Origin: Nemertoderma westbladi
Taxonomy: Eukaryota > Animalia > Xenacoelomorpha
Assembly (NCBI GenBank): GCA_032718475.1
Contig: JAUCBJ010005847.1
Location: forward strand, 1 to 33,865
DNA: 33,865 bases
Direction: 5' to 3'
Position numbers and translations under genes: made by a program. Below, in pieces: positions 19,672-30,560 of this stretch; the first letter of the stretch is position 1, and every line of letters starts with the position of its first letter. The notes beneath the pieces were generated by a model, which saw only the letters and a program-made list of their open reading frames with translations, made no database searches and was not told the DNA's origin.

Positions 19672-22600
19672 ATGGCGAATGAGATCGCAGGAATTCGCAT
19701 TACGCCCCCTAGCGTCGAGTTCATCGACGCTCACGCCGGCGTGCTGCACCAACGGAGCATCGCGGTACAAAACGTCGGCGGACGCAGCAAACGGATGCGA
19801 TTCCTCGACATCACCGAGTCGCAACTGTTCGAGTTGCGATTCCAGGACCCGGAGATCCCCATCGCTCCGGGTCTAGAGATCACAGCGACCTTGGACTACT
19901 TCAACGAGTCTCTGGTTGACTCTGAGACCAACTTGTACCTCCAAGTGGATAACAGCCTCGTTGTGATCCCCTGTCTGGCATACGCTCCCCAACACCGCTT
20001 GCAATTTGATAATAAAATCGACTTTGGGAATATAATAAATAATGCGAAAGTTGTTACAAAAAAGTTAGAAATTGTCAACAATGGGTCTCTTCCCGGGGAA
20101 TATAGCATACAATACCAAGGCGACCAGCCCATATCTATATCACCTAATTCGGGGTCAGTGACCTCCTTAGGTAAGCAGACGGTTCGAGTTGATGTCGTCG
20201 CGAAGGCGTTGGGAAGATTCGATGAAGTTGCCGTTGTCAAGATTAAGAACCGCCCCGACGAGGAACTTCGTATAGTTGGGAACGTAGTGGAACACTCGTT
20301 GGATGTTCTTGATTGCGGAACGGAGGAGGTAATCGAGTGTCTCCAGTTCAAATCCGCGTATTATGGGACGGATCGAACGGAGCAGGTGTTGCTGTTCAAT
20401 AACGGGCCGGATACAGTCAGCTTCTTGTCTATATTGGATGAAGGAGGGGAGGGCGAAGAAGCTGGCACAGACCTCACCCAATCAACGTCCTCGACGCTGG
20501 CCAATAAGAGCGTCGAGAAAATGCGAGGCACTAAGAACGAGCTCTCATCCCTGTTCACTGCTTACCCCAATCAGGGCCAGTTGGAACCGTACGAGAAGCG
20601 TTGCATTAGTTTCCGGTTCAGCCCCAGGTTTCAGTCGGAGCTCTCCGGTTGGAAGGGGAACTTTATTCCGCCACCGAGGCAGGATTTCGCGGTTTTTATT
20701 CTCTTTGAATTGATTGGCTCACGCAATCTGGTAACAGAGGGTAGTTACCTAGACAACTCGTCGGAGGGCCCTACAGCTGAATTAGCTCTGAAGGGTACCG
20801 CATTGCCGGTGCTGGTCAACATTTCCCCACGAATGAGCTATGATTTCGGAGCGTTGTCTATGGGCGATTCAGCCAATGAAGAGTGCCGACTAAGCAACCA
20901 ATCAGAGGGGCTGTCGGTGTATTTTCGGTTTAAACCAATTGCTCATTTCAGTGCATTACCTTGGCAGGGAAAGGTTAAACCGAAAGAGGAACTCCCTCTG
21001 CGAATCCAATTCCATCCAAATCAAGTCGGCCGATTTAAAGTCACCCAATTGATCGAGATATTGGGACCAGTTTCTTCACCAAATCCTGATAAACCCCTAG
21101 AGACAGTGATGCAACCTATTCACACCTTCTATATACCGCTGTATGGACAAGGTAAACCAGTAACAATCCTTCATAAACCAGTTTATGTTCAAGGCATCCA
21201 TCCAATAATAACGAATGAAGTCGGCCTTCACACAGAGAATGCGAAACGTAATCAATTAGCCCCATACCATCCCAGAAACTCTGTACTTAATGCTCCTAAA
21301 ACTGGACAACTTCATGTACTTAAAGAGGCTTCTATTCACTCTGATAAGAATACATATACCGCATTCCCTAATGACAGACCAGTGAGCACACGTCCTGGCA
21401 TTAGGGGAGATACTTACACCACGATATTCACAAAGCAAGCGCGCTATAATTATGTTGATAGGGACTATTCTTACACAGAGCGTGAACGCACTGCTATTAG
21501 TTTACATACGGCGAAATATCAGGATTACTTAGATGAGAAAAAATTACAGCGTGGAAAGAAATCACGCTACCTGGATTATCAGAAGTTTAATAATTATACT
21601 GATATAGGATTGAAACCTGGTGCTGGTTTGAGGCCACCCCATTTGGACGTTAGGCAGTTGCATGAGGATATTAACCGTATTCCACCCCCAAAAACCATTC
21701 TGGGTAAGATGTTAAAAACAAAAGATTTAATTGGCATTGACACTGACGCTGAAGGAAAGTCTATTGCAGTGGGTCTCAATGCTATTCCTATTACAACCAT
21801 TGAGAAAAAAGATTGTTCTAGAATATTAACTCCACAAGAGCATAGACATGTTGTCATTGGCCCACCTTCTATAGAATTTGGCGATGTTTGTTTGCGATCG
21901 ACAAATGTAAAACCTCTTCATATTGTGAATAATCTCAGTCATTTCGTCCTCGTTGTTGTCAATGTTGACTGCAGAGAATTACGGCAGACATCACCACTGT
22001 CCCAAGTAGTCCCCCCTCAATCTAAGGCTTCACTTGACTTTATATTTGAATCACAGCTGAAAGGTAAATTTCAACGTAATGTTACTTATTCAATAAATAA
22101 CCACCATATGCACCATGTGATTGTCAATGCTAATGTAGTGCCACTTAATATCGAACTTTCTACCACCGACCTAATAATAAAACCAACTCCCGGTCTACCT
22201 GAAGGCAATGGATTCCGCGAGATTGTTACTCTACATAACAACCGCAACTTTGCAGCCGATTTTTCATGGTCGCCCATAGTTGGAGATTTTGGCACCGCAT
22301 TCTCAGTTCGTCCGGCTACGGGTTCGGTTAGTCCGTTCCAACAGTTGGATTGCGAGGTGGTCTTTCATCCATCGTTTAATGCTCCAGACACAGGTCAATT
22401 CGCTCTTTCAGTTTATGATGGAAATGTCACTAAGTTAAATTGTGTAGCGAAATTTGGCCCAACATACGTACAATTTATTGATCGGCGTGTTTTATTTGAA
22501 TCAGCCCCTCTGAATATTGCCACTGTTCGAGTAGCCGCATTGCAGAACCAGAGTCAGAACCATGCATATTTCCAGGTTCTTGAACCTCAACCTTTTCCTG

Positions 22601-25600
22601 GACTGACAATATCACCTATTGAGGGTGTGGTTCCTATTGGAGGTGTGGCAGAACTTAACATTGTCTTACATCCGACATCTGTATTAAAATTCGATACAAG
22701 GCTGATGATTGCTATACGTAATTGGAAAACGATTGAGCTACGAATCAGTGGGAGAGTTGAACTCCCAGTTGTTGAAATTGATATCCCTAAATTTATTTTT
22801 GGCGGAGTGATGTGTGGCTCTCAAAAAATCACCCCTTTTAAAATGATCAACAAATCGGTATCAAAAACCGAAGTTGCATTTGATTTCAGTGAAAATGACG
22901 ATTTTCAAGTTGTCTGTGATCAGCAAATGGTAGCATCATACTCGGATTCAGTTTCGAAGCATATTTACATTATTAATGTTGAGGCAAAGAAATCAGTTGA
23001 TTGCAAATTGATGTTTACACCAAAACATGTATCAGGGTATGATTTTATTATGCCAGTAACAATCAATGCTATAAAAGCTCCAACTCCAGCAAACACTCCT
23101 TTCCCTGCAACACCTTCATCTTCGGCTGGAGCATTACATATCATAACGCCCAGAGCCAAGGACTTTAAAATTGTTACACCAAGAAAAAGAATTCTAGCAA
23201 CTGCTTTAAGGCAGCCCATGCAAATTTCGCATTCCAAGATGTATTTTAACTTATCTTCAAGAAATTTAGATCTTGATAACAATGGTTATTCTAGCAAGTT
23301 CAAAACTACATTATTAATGAATACTTCAGATCGTATTGTCACATGGTGGATTGTGCCTGATGAAACCAGTTGTTTTAAAATGTGCAATTCTGAGGGTAAA
23401 CAGCTCCCCAGTAATGAGGTAGGTAAAGTTCTTGGTGTGTTACAAGCTGGTGATTCGTTTACTTTGGGTATCTTATTTGACCCAGTCAAAAGTGGAACAT
23501 TCAGATGTGAAATACCAGTTTTTTTGAGTTTCGATGAAGATCCCACAGAAAATTTATATAAATCCCTTCAGTTATTTGGATCACTGGATGAACCTTATAT
23601 TGCATTTGAACCACCATATATTGAGTTGTTGCCAGTTCCATTACATCAGCGGGTTTCATCGCGATTTAACCTTGTTGCTACAGGGTATTATCATAATTCC
23701 CCTTTGAGTGTAACCATACCTGATATAGAGATTGGCAATGGTCAAGAAATGTCTCTTCTCACTGTTGATTTTCTAGGAAATAAGATTATAAGTGCTAGTT
23801 CTGATGATGACTCAAAGGTTGTCTTGCCATGTCAGTTAACATTTCGGTCTCAATTGCCTGTGAGTTTTAATGTTGAGATACAATTCTCTGATGATGTTGG
23901 GAATACGTTTTCACTTCCAGTTACAGCAACAGCTGATAATTGTATATTAACAATATACCCATATTTAGCCAAGTACAGAAATGAGTATAAGGTTTCTACA
24001 GAACAAGGATTATCTCTAAAGGGTCGAAAATCACAGTCGAAGGAAAGTTTAGTTGTTGGAGAACCAATGCTAATGATCAACGATCAGGTAACTGCAGGCA
24101 ATGTTCCCACACGACCTTCAACATCAAGCACTCGCTCAACAAGCACCTTCAATCCAAGCACATCAACCTATGATGAAAATGTTTCAAGCTCAAGTTCTGT
24201 ATTTTCAAACTCGCCACAGGATGATGGTGTATCACATCAGAATAGACAGTCAATTTATTCTGATACTGATGGTCGACTTCTTGGACAAAAATATCACAGC
24301 ATTGGTGATTCCATTCCACAGATTGAGACTGAGGAGACAATATTCTTGTCGGAAGTCATACTGGCTATGCAGCGCTGGTTTAGCACACATGGTTGGAATA
24401 GTGGTCCAAACCCGTTTATAGTACCAGAAGGTTTGCGAAGCAGCATTAGTCCAATGCAAAAACCTTCTGCAGATGCTAGAATTGGCGAAGATGGTTCTCC
24501 AGACATGAATAGCATTAGGAAGGATATGAAAACCGTTTATGAGATGGTAAGCTACCTGTCAGGAAGACCCATTCCGGGAATTTCGCCAAGTAATCCACTA
24601 CCTGGTGATTCCGAATTGAAGGTAAAACAATTAGTAAAACAACATGATACATTGCTTACATATTTGAAAACGCAATGTGCCTTTCTTGGCAATATCAAAC
24701 CAGAGCACCTTCTAGACCCACAAGATTTTGCTATCTGGTCTAAAATGCAAAATGAACCAACAGATGTAATTCCTTTGACTGGAGAAGCTATTGACATTGA
24801 ATTTCCTGAAAAAAATTTTGAAATTGTTTCCAAAAAAGCTTGGACAGATGTGCTGTTACAATTGTATAAAGTTTTTTTGCTTGCCAAAGTAACTATGAAA
24901 ACATATAAGCAAACACCTTTACCACAAATGGGAATGTTACCACCACCTGTGAATCCTGACCCTGTTTGTTCTAATGTTTACGGTGTTCCTGAAAGAATTA
25001 TACTGGCATGGCTAAATCACCATTATGAGGTAGAAAGGAGTAGAATTTGGAAGGTATCTCAAGGGGGTATTCCCGCCTCGAGATGGATTGTTAACTTCGA
25101 TGTGGATATTTTAGATGGTCTTGTGATTGGTGCATGTCTTGGAGCTTACTGTCCATATTTGATAGACTCACATCTGAGTAAAATGTACACACAACCTAGC
25201 ACAGCTGAACAATGCCTCCATAATGCTCTCAAGATAACTTCTGCATTAAATATAATTGGACTGGATTTCCATATCAATGCTGTTGATATGACAGATCCCA
25301 ACCCTATCACATTATTGACATTATGTGTCCATCTGTTCCTAAGAATGCCTCAATATGTCCCAAAAGTGACAGTTGAGTTTGCAGGAACATTGTCTGCATC
25401 ATCTAAAAGGCATGTGAAGTTAACCAACCCTAGTCAAAAACCACTAGTGTATACATCAGTGATTTTAGGAAAGGACTGTTGTGATTTTGTTGTTGGTCGA
25501 GGTGGCATCATAACTGTAAATCCTAGAAATCACGCAAATCTCAGTGTTGAGTTTCGTAGTCGGTTTCTCAGGAGTTCAGAGGCCTTTCTTCTCTTAGTAG

Positions 25601-28600
25601 GTCGCCGCCAAGTCAATAATTCAGCTGCTGGTATAAATATGGTTTTCAGATTGAAATCAAACACAGTTGAGGCTCAACCTATGAAGGTTATTAAAACAAC
25701 TTCATCATGCTATGAGTTGCATGAAGTTTTATTAGAAGTTGAGACTCCTTATAAGGAAGCTGGTGAGTTTTCTATAAAGATTATAGAAAAACCTTTTGAA
25801 TCAACTGAACAGACAAAAACTAGTAAATCGAATAAGGGGACCAAATCGGATGGAAGAAATCGCTCTCTTACAACTCCATCAACAGGCCAGTCGAAACAGC
25901 GAGAAACTGTTGATAGTCTAATGGAAGATACTCCATCAAAGTTTTATATTAGCAAAGAATCAGTAATAAATTTGCAACCATCTACCAAAAGTACACTACT
26001 AATAGATTTCTTGCCATTTGCTCAAGGAAAGTATGGATGCTCCGTTTTGTTTACAAATCCAGATATTGGAGAAATATTATATAACATTGAGTCAGCAGTC
26101 ACACAGCCAGTTATCAAACAAAGTATAGAGGATTATGATCAAGACATTGCTCAAAAGGTGACTATCACAAATGGAGTATTTACTTTTAAAGCTGATCGAG
26201 GTAAGCAGTCTAAGCATGAATTGATACTTCTGAGAAATAATCCTTCTAAAGAGAAAGCTCTAGTCATATGCGCTCACCAGAGGATGTCAGAGAGGGAGTA
26301 CAGGAGACGTGATGCTACTGGAACTCTTGATTCTAGCTCAGTTCGAGCTGCGATGGCTGGTAATACCACAGAAGTTGACCAAAAAAAGAAACAATTTCAC
26401 AGTGCTCAATTAAACAGCACTGAATACAAAATAGAATTATCTAGTACCAGATACTTTGCTCCCTCAGTTATCTTCGCACCTATTGGACCTGAAGCGAGTA
26501 AGTACATTCAAATTCCAATTACATTCTATAGTGACGATATTGGAACATTCCCTTGTCTCCTCACCCTAAAATCTCAGGAAGATACTCGTTTATTTAAATT
26601 AGAAACAAAGGTTAGTCCGGAAGGGACAACCGCTGCTTTAGAATTTTCTGCTCCAGCTCATGAAGAAATTGTACAAAACATTCCTTTAGTAAACAATACT
26701 AGTCAGGATTGGATTCTCCAAGCCTATGTGGAAGGCCAGTGTTTCAATGGACCTCACTCTATACAAGTACCTGCCGGTCAATCGAATCACTATGCCCTTA
26801 AATTTGCACCAAGTTTTGAAGGAGAGTGTAATGGGAAATTGAAACTTATTAATCAGACAGATCAATCAGAAAATATATTTAGTTTAAATGGCACAGGGTT
26901 GAAACCATTGGCTCAAGGGAATGTATCACTTAGATGCAAAGCCTTCCAAACTGAGACAGTTAGTGTCAAAGTCCCCAATTTGTCAGGAAGGAAACAGGAA
27001 TTTAAAGTTGTATCTGACATTAGTTTTATTCAAGGTGTTGAGAATCTCTCTGTATTTCCTGGTAAAGAAATTGAATATGTGGCGAATGTATTACCTTTGA
27101 AACGAGGAGTTTTCAATGGGATAATTTCATTTTTGGGATCAGCAGAAAAAGAAAGAAAGAAAAAACTATTAGATACGGGAGTTGCCAGTAATAAACCCTA
27201 TGAAGTTTGGTTTGGGATTGAGGTAATCGTTGACCCTCCGCCCATGGAAAAAAGTATAGAGGTTATTTGTCCTGCCTTGCATAAATCCTCTGTTGAAATC
27301 CCAATAAAGAACCCCACAAATGATATAATAGTGTTTAAAGTTGATATTATTGGTGAATTCCTTGAAGGAGGTGACACTCTTGAAATAGGTGGTCTCCAAG
27401 AAAGTGTCTACGTCATCAATTACAGTCCTTTGATAAACGGTGAGTATAAAGGTGAAATCATATTTACAAATGAGGTTGTGGGTGAGTTTTGGTATGGACT
27501 CGACTTGAAATGCATCTCACCTCCCACTAGTGAGTTACCCCGAGAAACGTGTGAACTTGGTCAATGGAAAAAGATTAACATCCCTCTCCATAACCCAAGT
27601 TTTAATGAAATTCAGGTTATTGCGAAATCATCAAATCCGAATAATTTTCCATTGGAATTGCGACCAGATGTGCTTATCCTGCCACCGAAACAGACAACCA
27701 ATGTTACACTTCTCTTTGTACCCTCATGTGTCGGTCATGGAAATCATCTGTCTCGCATTTCATTTATCTCTGACATGTTTGGAGATTGGTCCTTTTTGGC
27801 CACAGGTGTTGGGACGATGCCAAAGCCTGCACCTATAACATCGATTGTTAGTAATATTAACGGCATGAGTACAGTCATGGTGCCATTTCGGAACCCTATG
27901 GATGATTTAGTTCTAGTTGATATTAACATGGTAATGGATAATAGACAAAGTAGAATTGCTTTAAACGATTCAAGTTCTTTCTGTATTTTACTAAAGAAAA
28001 CCAAAGGATTGCGTTTAGGCCCTAAGGCAGTTCTTGATGTTCCTGTGTGCTTTGCTCCATCAGAAATGATTGAACTGAAAGTGGATCTTGTGATAACGAT
28101 AAGACCAGAAAATGACGAACCTTGGGTATATGATCTTTCAGAAGAAAGTTCAGAATCTGTTGAACAATTACATGAATTATCCTGGTTGTTTCCAATAGTC
28201 GGAATCAGCGAGCACCAATTGGAAGTTCAGGAGAAGATTTTCATTCAGGGCCAATCAGGACGAACAACAAAACAGTTGTTGTTTGTTTCGATTTACGGAT
28301 TGGCCAGCACATCTGCTCGTCAGGATAGTTCATTCGTTCTCTGCCGTTGTGACAGTGAGGGTCGCATTCTAACTAAAGAAAATGGCATAGAGCAACAAGT
28401 TATGGTAACTGAAACGAACTTGGTGGTCAGTGATGTTACTTACAATATAGTATCTAGCTCAAAAATTGACATGGATTACGTTTCGGTCGAGTTACTTCGA
28501 AGAGGGAAAGAGATAGACTCTGGTATTGATAATTTTATTTTTGAGGTTACCTTTTCACCGGGTTCTTCGATGATCCAGCATGTGGCGCTCGTGGTCAAGG

Positions 28601-29100
28601 CATCTACGGGTGGCCAATGGACTTTTCCGTTCGCTCTCAAAGCCTCGGAACCGGATGCCGATTCTACAGTCCTAATAGAGAGTTTGGGACTCCACAAGGT
28701 TTCCTCAATAGCTATCAATAGAAGCAGCATAGATTCCGATCCGCAAGCATTTACATCATACTTCCTTCCGGGTTCGGATTCGGCGTTCACTGTTGCGCCC
28801 CAATCCGGGGAGTTGCTCCCGTCCGACGAGGGAGGCAGTGAGTTAACTGTATCATTCCAACCCTCGATGTACGGCAAGGATTACAAAGCGAAACTAATGG
28901 TTCAAACTGACTCAGAACAGACTGTATACTCAGTCCAAGGTGTTATTCCTGAGTACGTGCCGCCCCACGGTCAGGCAGCTAAGTTGCCCAAAACTAAACT
29001 TATTGCTCATAACAAAAGGAATTTTGTCAAAGAAAACCTCAACTTGAACTGCACGGCTAGCTGTTCTCCGGTTAAAGGAGCTGCCTTAATGTTGACCTGA
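19672..29100 (+). CDS. CFAP47: Cilia- and flagella-associated protein 47-like, 3142 aa, single coding exon
   Basis: Uninterrupted 9429-nt ORF. N-terminus GIRITPPSVEF, many ASH/Ig-like (PapD-like) repeats ('i.l.NP..' motifs) and a central calponin-homology domain (ERIILAWLNHHYE..RWIVNFDVDILDG..HNALKI, ~24990-25355). Length matches animal CFAP47 (~3100-3200 aa). Followed by tandem TGA stops. Confidence 0.9.
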   Translation: MANEIAGIRITPPSVEFIDAHAGVLHQRSIAVQNVGGRSKRMRFLDITESQLFELRFQDPEIPIAPGLEITATLDYFNESLVDSETNLYLQVDNSLVVIPCLAYAPQHRLQFDNKIDFGNIINNAKVVTKKLEIVNNGSLPGEYSIQYQGDQPISISPNSGSVTSLGKQTVRVDVVAKALGRFDEVAVVKIKNRPDEELRIVGNVVEHSLDVLDCGTEEVIECLQFKSAYYGTDRTEQVLLFNNGPDTVSFLSILDEGGEGEEAGTDLTQSTSSTLANKSVEKMRGTKNELSSLFTAYPNQGQLEPYEKRCISFRFSPRFQSELSGWKGNFIPPPRQDFAVFILFELIGSRNLVTEGSYLDNSSEGPTAELALKGTALPVLVNISPRMSYDFGALSMGDSANEECRLSNQSEGLSVYFRFKPIAHFSALPWQGKVKPKEELPLRIQFHPNQVGRFKVTQLIEILGPVSSPNPDKPLETVMQPIHTFYIPLYGQGKPVTILHKPVYVQGIHPIITNEVGLHTENAKRNQLAPYHPRNSVLNAPKTGQLHVLKEASIHSDKNTYTAFPNDRPVSTRPGIRGDTYTTIFTKQARYNYVDRDYSYTERERTAISLHTAKYQDYLDEKKLQRGKKSRYLDYQKFNNYTDIGLKPGAGLRPPHLDVRQLHEDINRIPPPKTILGKMLKTKDLIGIDTDAEGKSIAVGLNAIPITTIEKKDCSRILTPQEHRHVVIGPPSIEFGDVCLRSTNVKPLHIVNNLSHFVLVVVNVDCRELRQTSPLSQVVPPQSKASLDFIFESQLKGKFQRNVTYSINNHHMHHVIVNANVVPLNIELSTTDLIIKPTPGLPEGNGFREIVTLHNNRNFAADFSWSPIVGDFGTAFSVRPATGSVSPFQQLDCEVVFHPSFNAPDTGQFALSVYDGNVTKLNCVAKFGPTYVQFIDRRVLFESAPLNIATVRVAALQNQSQNHAYFQVLEPQPFPGLTISPIEGVVPIGGVAELNIVLHPTSVLKFDTRLMIAIRNWKTIELRISGRVELPVVEIDIPKFIFGGVMCGSQKITPFKMINKSVSKTEVAFDFSENDDFQVVCDQQMVASYSDSVSKHIYIINVEAKKSVDCKLMFTPKHVSGYDFIMPVTINAIKAPTPANTPFPATPSSSAGALHIITPRAKDFKIVTPRKRILATALRQPMQISHSKMYFNLSSRNLDLDNNGYSSKFKTTLLMNTSDRIVTWWIVPDETSCFKMCNSEGKQLPSNEVGKVLGVLQAGDSFTLGILFDPVKSGTFRCEIPVFLSFDEDPTENLYKSLQLFGSLDEPYIAFEPPYIELLPVPLHQRVSSRFNLVATGYYHNSPLSVTIPDIEIGNGQEMSLLTVDFLGNKIISASSDDDSKVVLPCQLTFRSQLPVSFNVEIQFSDDVGNTFSLPVTATADNCILTIYPYLAKYRNEYKVSTEQGLSLKGRKSQSKESLVVGEPMLMINDQVTAGNVPTRPSTSSTRSTSTFNPSTSTYDENVSSSSSVFSNSPQDDGVSHQNRQSIYSDTDGRLLGQKYHSIGDSIPQIETEETIFLSEVILAMQRWFSTHGWNSGPNPFIVPEGLRSSISPMQKPSADARIGEDGSPDMNSIRKDMKTVYEMVSYLSGRPIPGISPSNPLPGDSELKVKQLVKQHDTLLTYLKTQCAFLGNIKPEHLLDPQDFAIWSKMQNEPTDVIPLTGEAIDIEFPEKNFEIVSKKAWTDVLLQLYKVFLLAKVTMKTYKQTPLPQMGMLPPPVNPDPVCSNVYGVPERIILAWLNHHYEVERSRIWKVSQGGIPASRWIVNFDVDILDGLVIGACLGAYCPYLIDSHLSKMYTQPSTAEQCLHNALKITSALNIIGLDFHINAVDMTDPNPITLLTLCVHLFLRMPQYVPKVTVEFAGTLSASSKRHVKLTNPSQKPLVYTSVILGKDCCDFVVGRGGIITVNPRNHANLSVEFRSRFLRSSEAFLLLVGRRQVNNSAAGINMVFRLKSNTVEAQPMKVIKTTSSCYELHEVLLEVETPYKEAGEFSIKIIEKPFESTEQTKTSKSNKGTKSDGRNRSLTTPSTGQSKQRETVDSLMEDTPSKFYISKESVINLQPSTKSTLLIDFLPFAQGKYGCSVLFTNPDIGEILYNIESAVTQPVIKQSIEDYDQDIAQKVTITNGVFTFKADRGKQSKHELILLRNNPSKEKALVICAHQRMSEREYRRRDATGTLDSSSVRAAMAGNTTEVDQKKKQFHSAQLNSTEYKIELSSTRYFAPSVIFAPIGPEASKYIQIPITFYSDDIGTFPCLLTLKSQEDTRLFKLETKVSPEGTTAALEFSAPAHEEIVQNIPLVNNTSQDWILQAYVEGQCFNGPHSIQVPAGQSNHYALKFAPSFEGECNGKLKLINQTDQSENIFSLNGTGLKPLAQGNVSLRCKAFQTETVSVKVPNLSGRKQEFKVVSDISFIQGVENLSVFPGKEIEYVANVLPLKRGVFNGIISFLGSAEKERKKKLLDTGVASNKPYEVWFGIEVIVDPPPMEKSIEVICPALHKSSVEIPIKNPTNDIIVFKVDIIGEFLEGGDTLEIGGLQESVYVINYSPLINGEYKGEIIFTNEVVGEFWYGLDLKCISPPTSELPRETCELGQWKKINIPLHNPSFNEIQVIAKSSNPNNFPLELRPDVLILPPKQTTNVTLLFVPSCVGHGNHLSRISFISDMFGDWSFLATGVGTMPKPAPITSIVSNINGMSTVMVPFRNPMDDLVLVDINMVMDNRQSRIALNDSSSFCILLKKTKGLRLGPKAVLDVPVCFAPSEMIELKVDLVITIRPENDEPWVYDLSEESSESVEQLHELSWLFPIVGISEHQLEVQEKIFIQGQSGRTTKQLLFVSIYGLASTSARQDSSFVLCRCDSEGRILTKENGIEQQVMVTETNLVVSDVTYNIVSSSKIDMDYVSVELLRRGKEIDSGIDNFIFEVTFSPGSSMIQHVALVVKASTGGQWTFPFALKASEPDADSTVLIESLGLHKVSSIAINRSSIDSDPQAFTSYFLPGSDSAFTVAPQSGELLPSDEGGSELTVSFQPSMYGKDYKAKLMVQTDSEQTVYSVQGVIPEYVPPHGQAAKLPKTKLIAHNKRNFVKENLNLNCTASCSPVKGAALMLT

Positions 29101-29859
29101 TGATGATTTATAACGTAATTTAATTATGTTTTTTGAAACTGATTTTATTTTATAATGTATTTTTTAGATATTTAAACTGAATAATAATTTTATTTTTAAA
29201 AGAGGTAGATAAGGGGGGTGGTCTGGTCATACAAAAGAATGAAAATGTATTACTTTGTCCAGGACTTATAATTTACTTTAGTATATTATTTTATATTTGT
29301 TAAAACTTGAATGTGGAGAATAAAGTAACTTTATGAATGTATAGAAAGTAGTATCAGAGACGCTATGAGTTTTGCGTTCGTGCAAAGTAGTGGACACGCG
29401 GTTGCATAGCTTAGATGAGTTGAGCCAGTTAGCATCACCGCTAATCTTATTGTGAGATAGCAAGATGGATTAGTTTTGACATTGATAAAGTAGGATGGAA
29501 TACCGAGGGGGATCTGGTCGGTGGAGTTAGCAGAAACAGAAAGCCGAACAGCATCAAAGGATGTCTAAAGCTTTTCTAGTTGACAGTCAAGGTGGTACCA
29601 TGATGCATAGATACTGGATTACTATCTGACTGCAAATGAGTTGTTAGCGAGTAAACTCCACTTATTTTAACTATTGAGTATCCGTTGGCAATTAGTCCCT
29701 ATAAAATTACGCAGTAATGTAAAGAACATTTACCCTCAACACAACATCACTTGATGCAATAAATACTCAACTATGCGGAACTTCACATTTAACTTGTACA
29801 CACTTTATTTCATGGGTTTTCTAAATAGCATTTTCCAATTGAACATCATAATATATCAG

Positions 29860-30560
29860 GGTTTATCAGGTGTCGTCAAGTGGGTGAATTTGACCGTGTG
29901 GGGGTGACTTTGATATTAGAGACCAATGAATGAGTTTTGTTGTCTTAATTAAATTAATAATTTGGTTTTTGTGGTAGCGGGATATTTGAACTCATTAATG
30001 GAAACCTGTAATTTCTGAAGTCAATTCTTTATTCAGAAGTTTGCAACCCAGTATGTGATGTTTTTATGTGGATTTAATTGTAGGCCTACGGTATGATTTA
30101 CCGTAACTGGTTTCTATTAAGAAATACTTATTTTTTGAACACCTTTAATTTGCCATATATGCGGTACGGATAGATATGTTTATTTAGGTTTGTTCGCGAG
30201 ACCCTGTTTTGTATACCCTTATGAATTTCAGCCCCAGAAAATGCTCATATCCGAAAAGATTTCTAAATTTTTATTGCATTTTTTCGTCATGCATTGCCCG
30301 TGCCGCATTTACTATTTTGAATCACTCATAACTTTTCAACCGACAAACATATGAAAAAACGGTTTCGATATTCAGAAAGCACAGAAAATTATGTATCTCA
30401 TAGATATTACCTAACAATCTATCATACTGGAACAGGTCCCTTTTCTCGTAAATACTAAAAAAAATGTATTTGGAAGTAAAAAGCGCAAAAATGTTTAGTT
30501 TTGTTACTATTGGTCAATCTTTTAAGATTAATTTCCTGAAAACCTACTAGCTGTTTCCTC
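29860..30560. repeat. Probable degraded non-autonomous DNA transposon sequence
   Basis: Repeated gggtga(a/c)tttga motifs at about 29881-29912 and general MITE-like composition. No partner TIR was found. Confidence 0.3.

Noticed and set aside
19679-28877. Many short alternative-frame and antisense ORFs within CFAP47
   Set aside because: Expected shadows of a long coding sequence; no recognisable motifs.
29280-29620. Possible minus-strand LINE remnant after CFAP47
   Set aside because: Only vague motif hints (SYA..TLHER); not enough to call.
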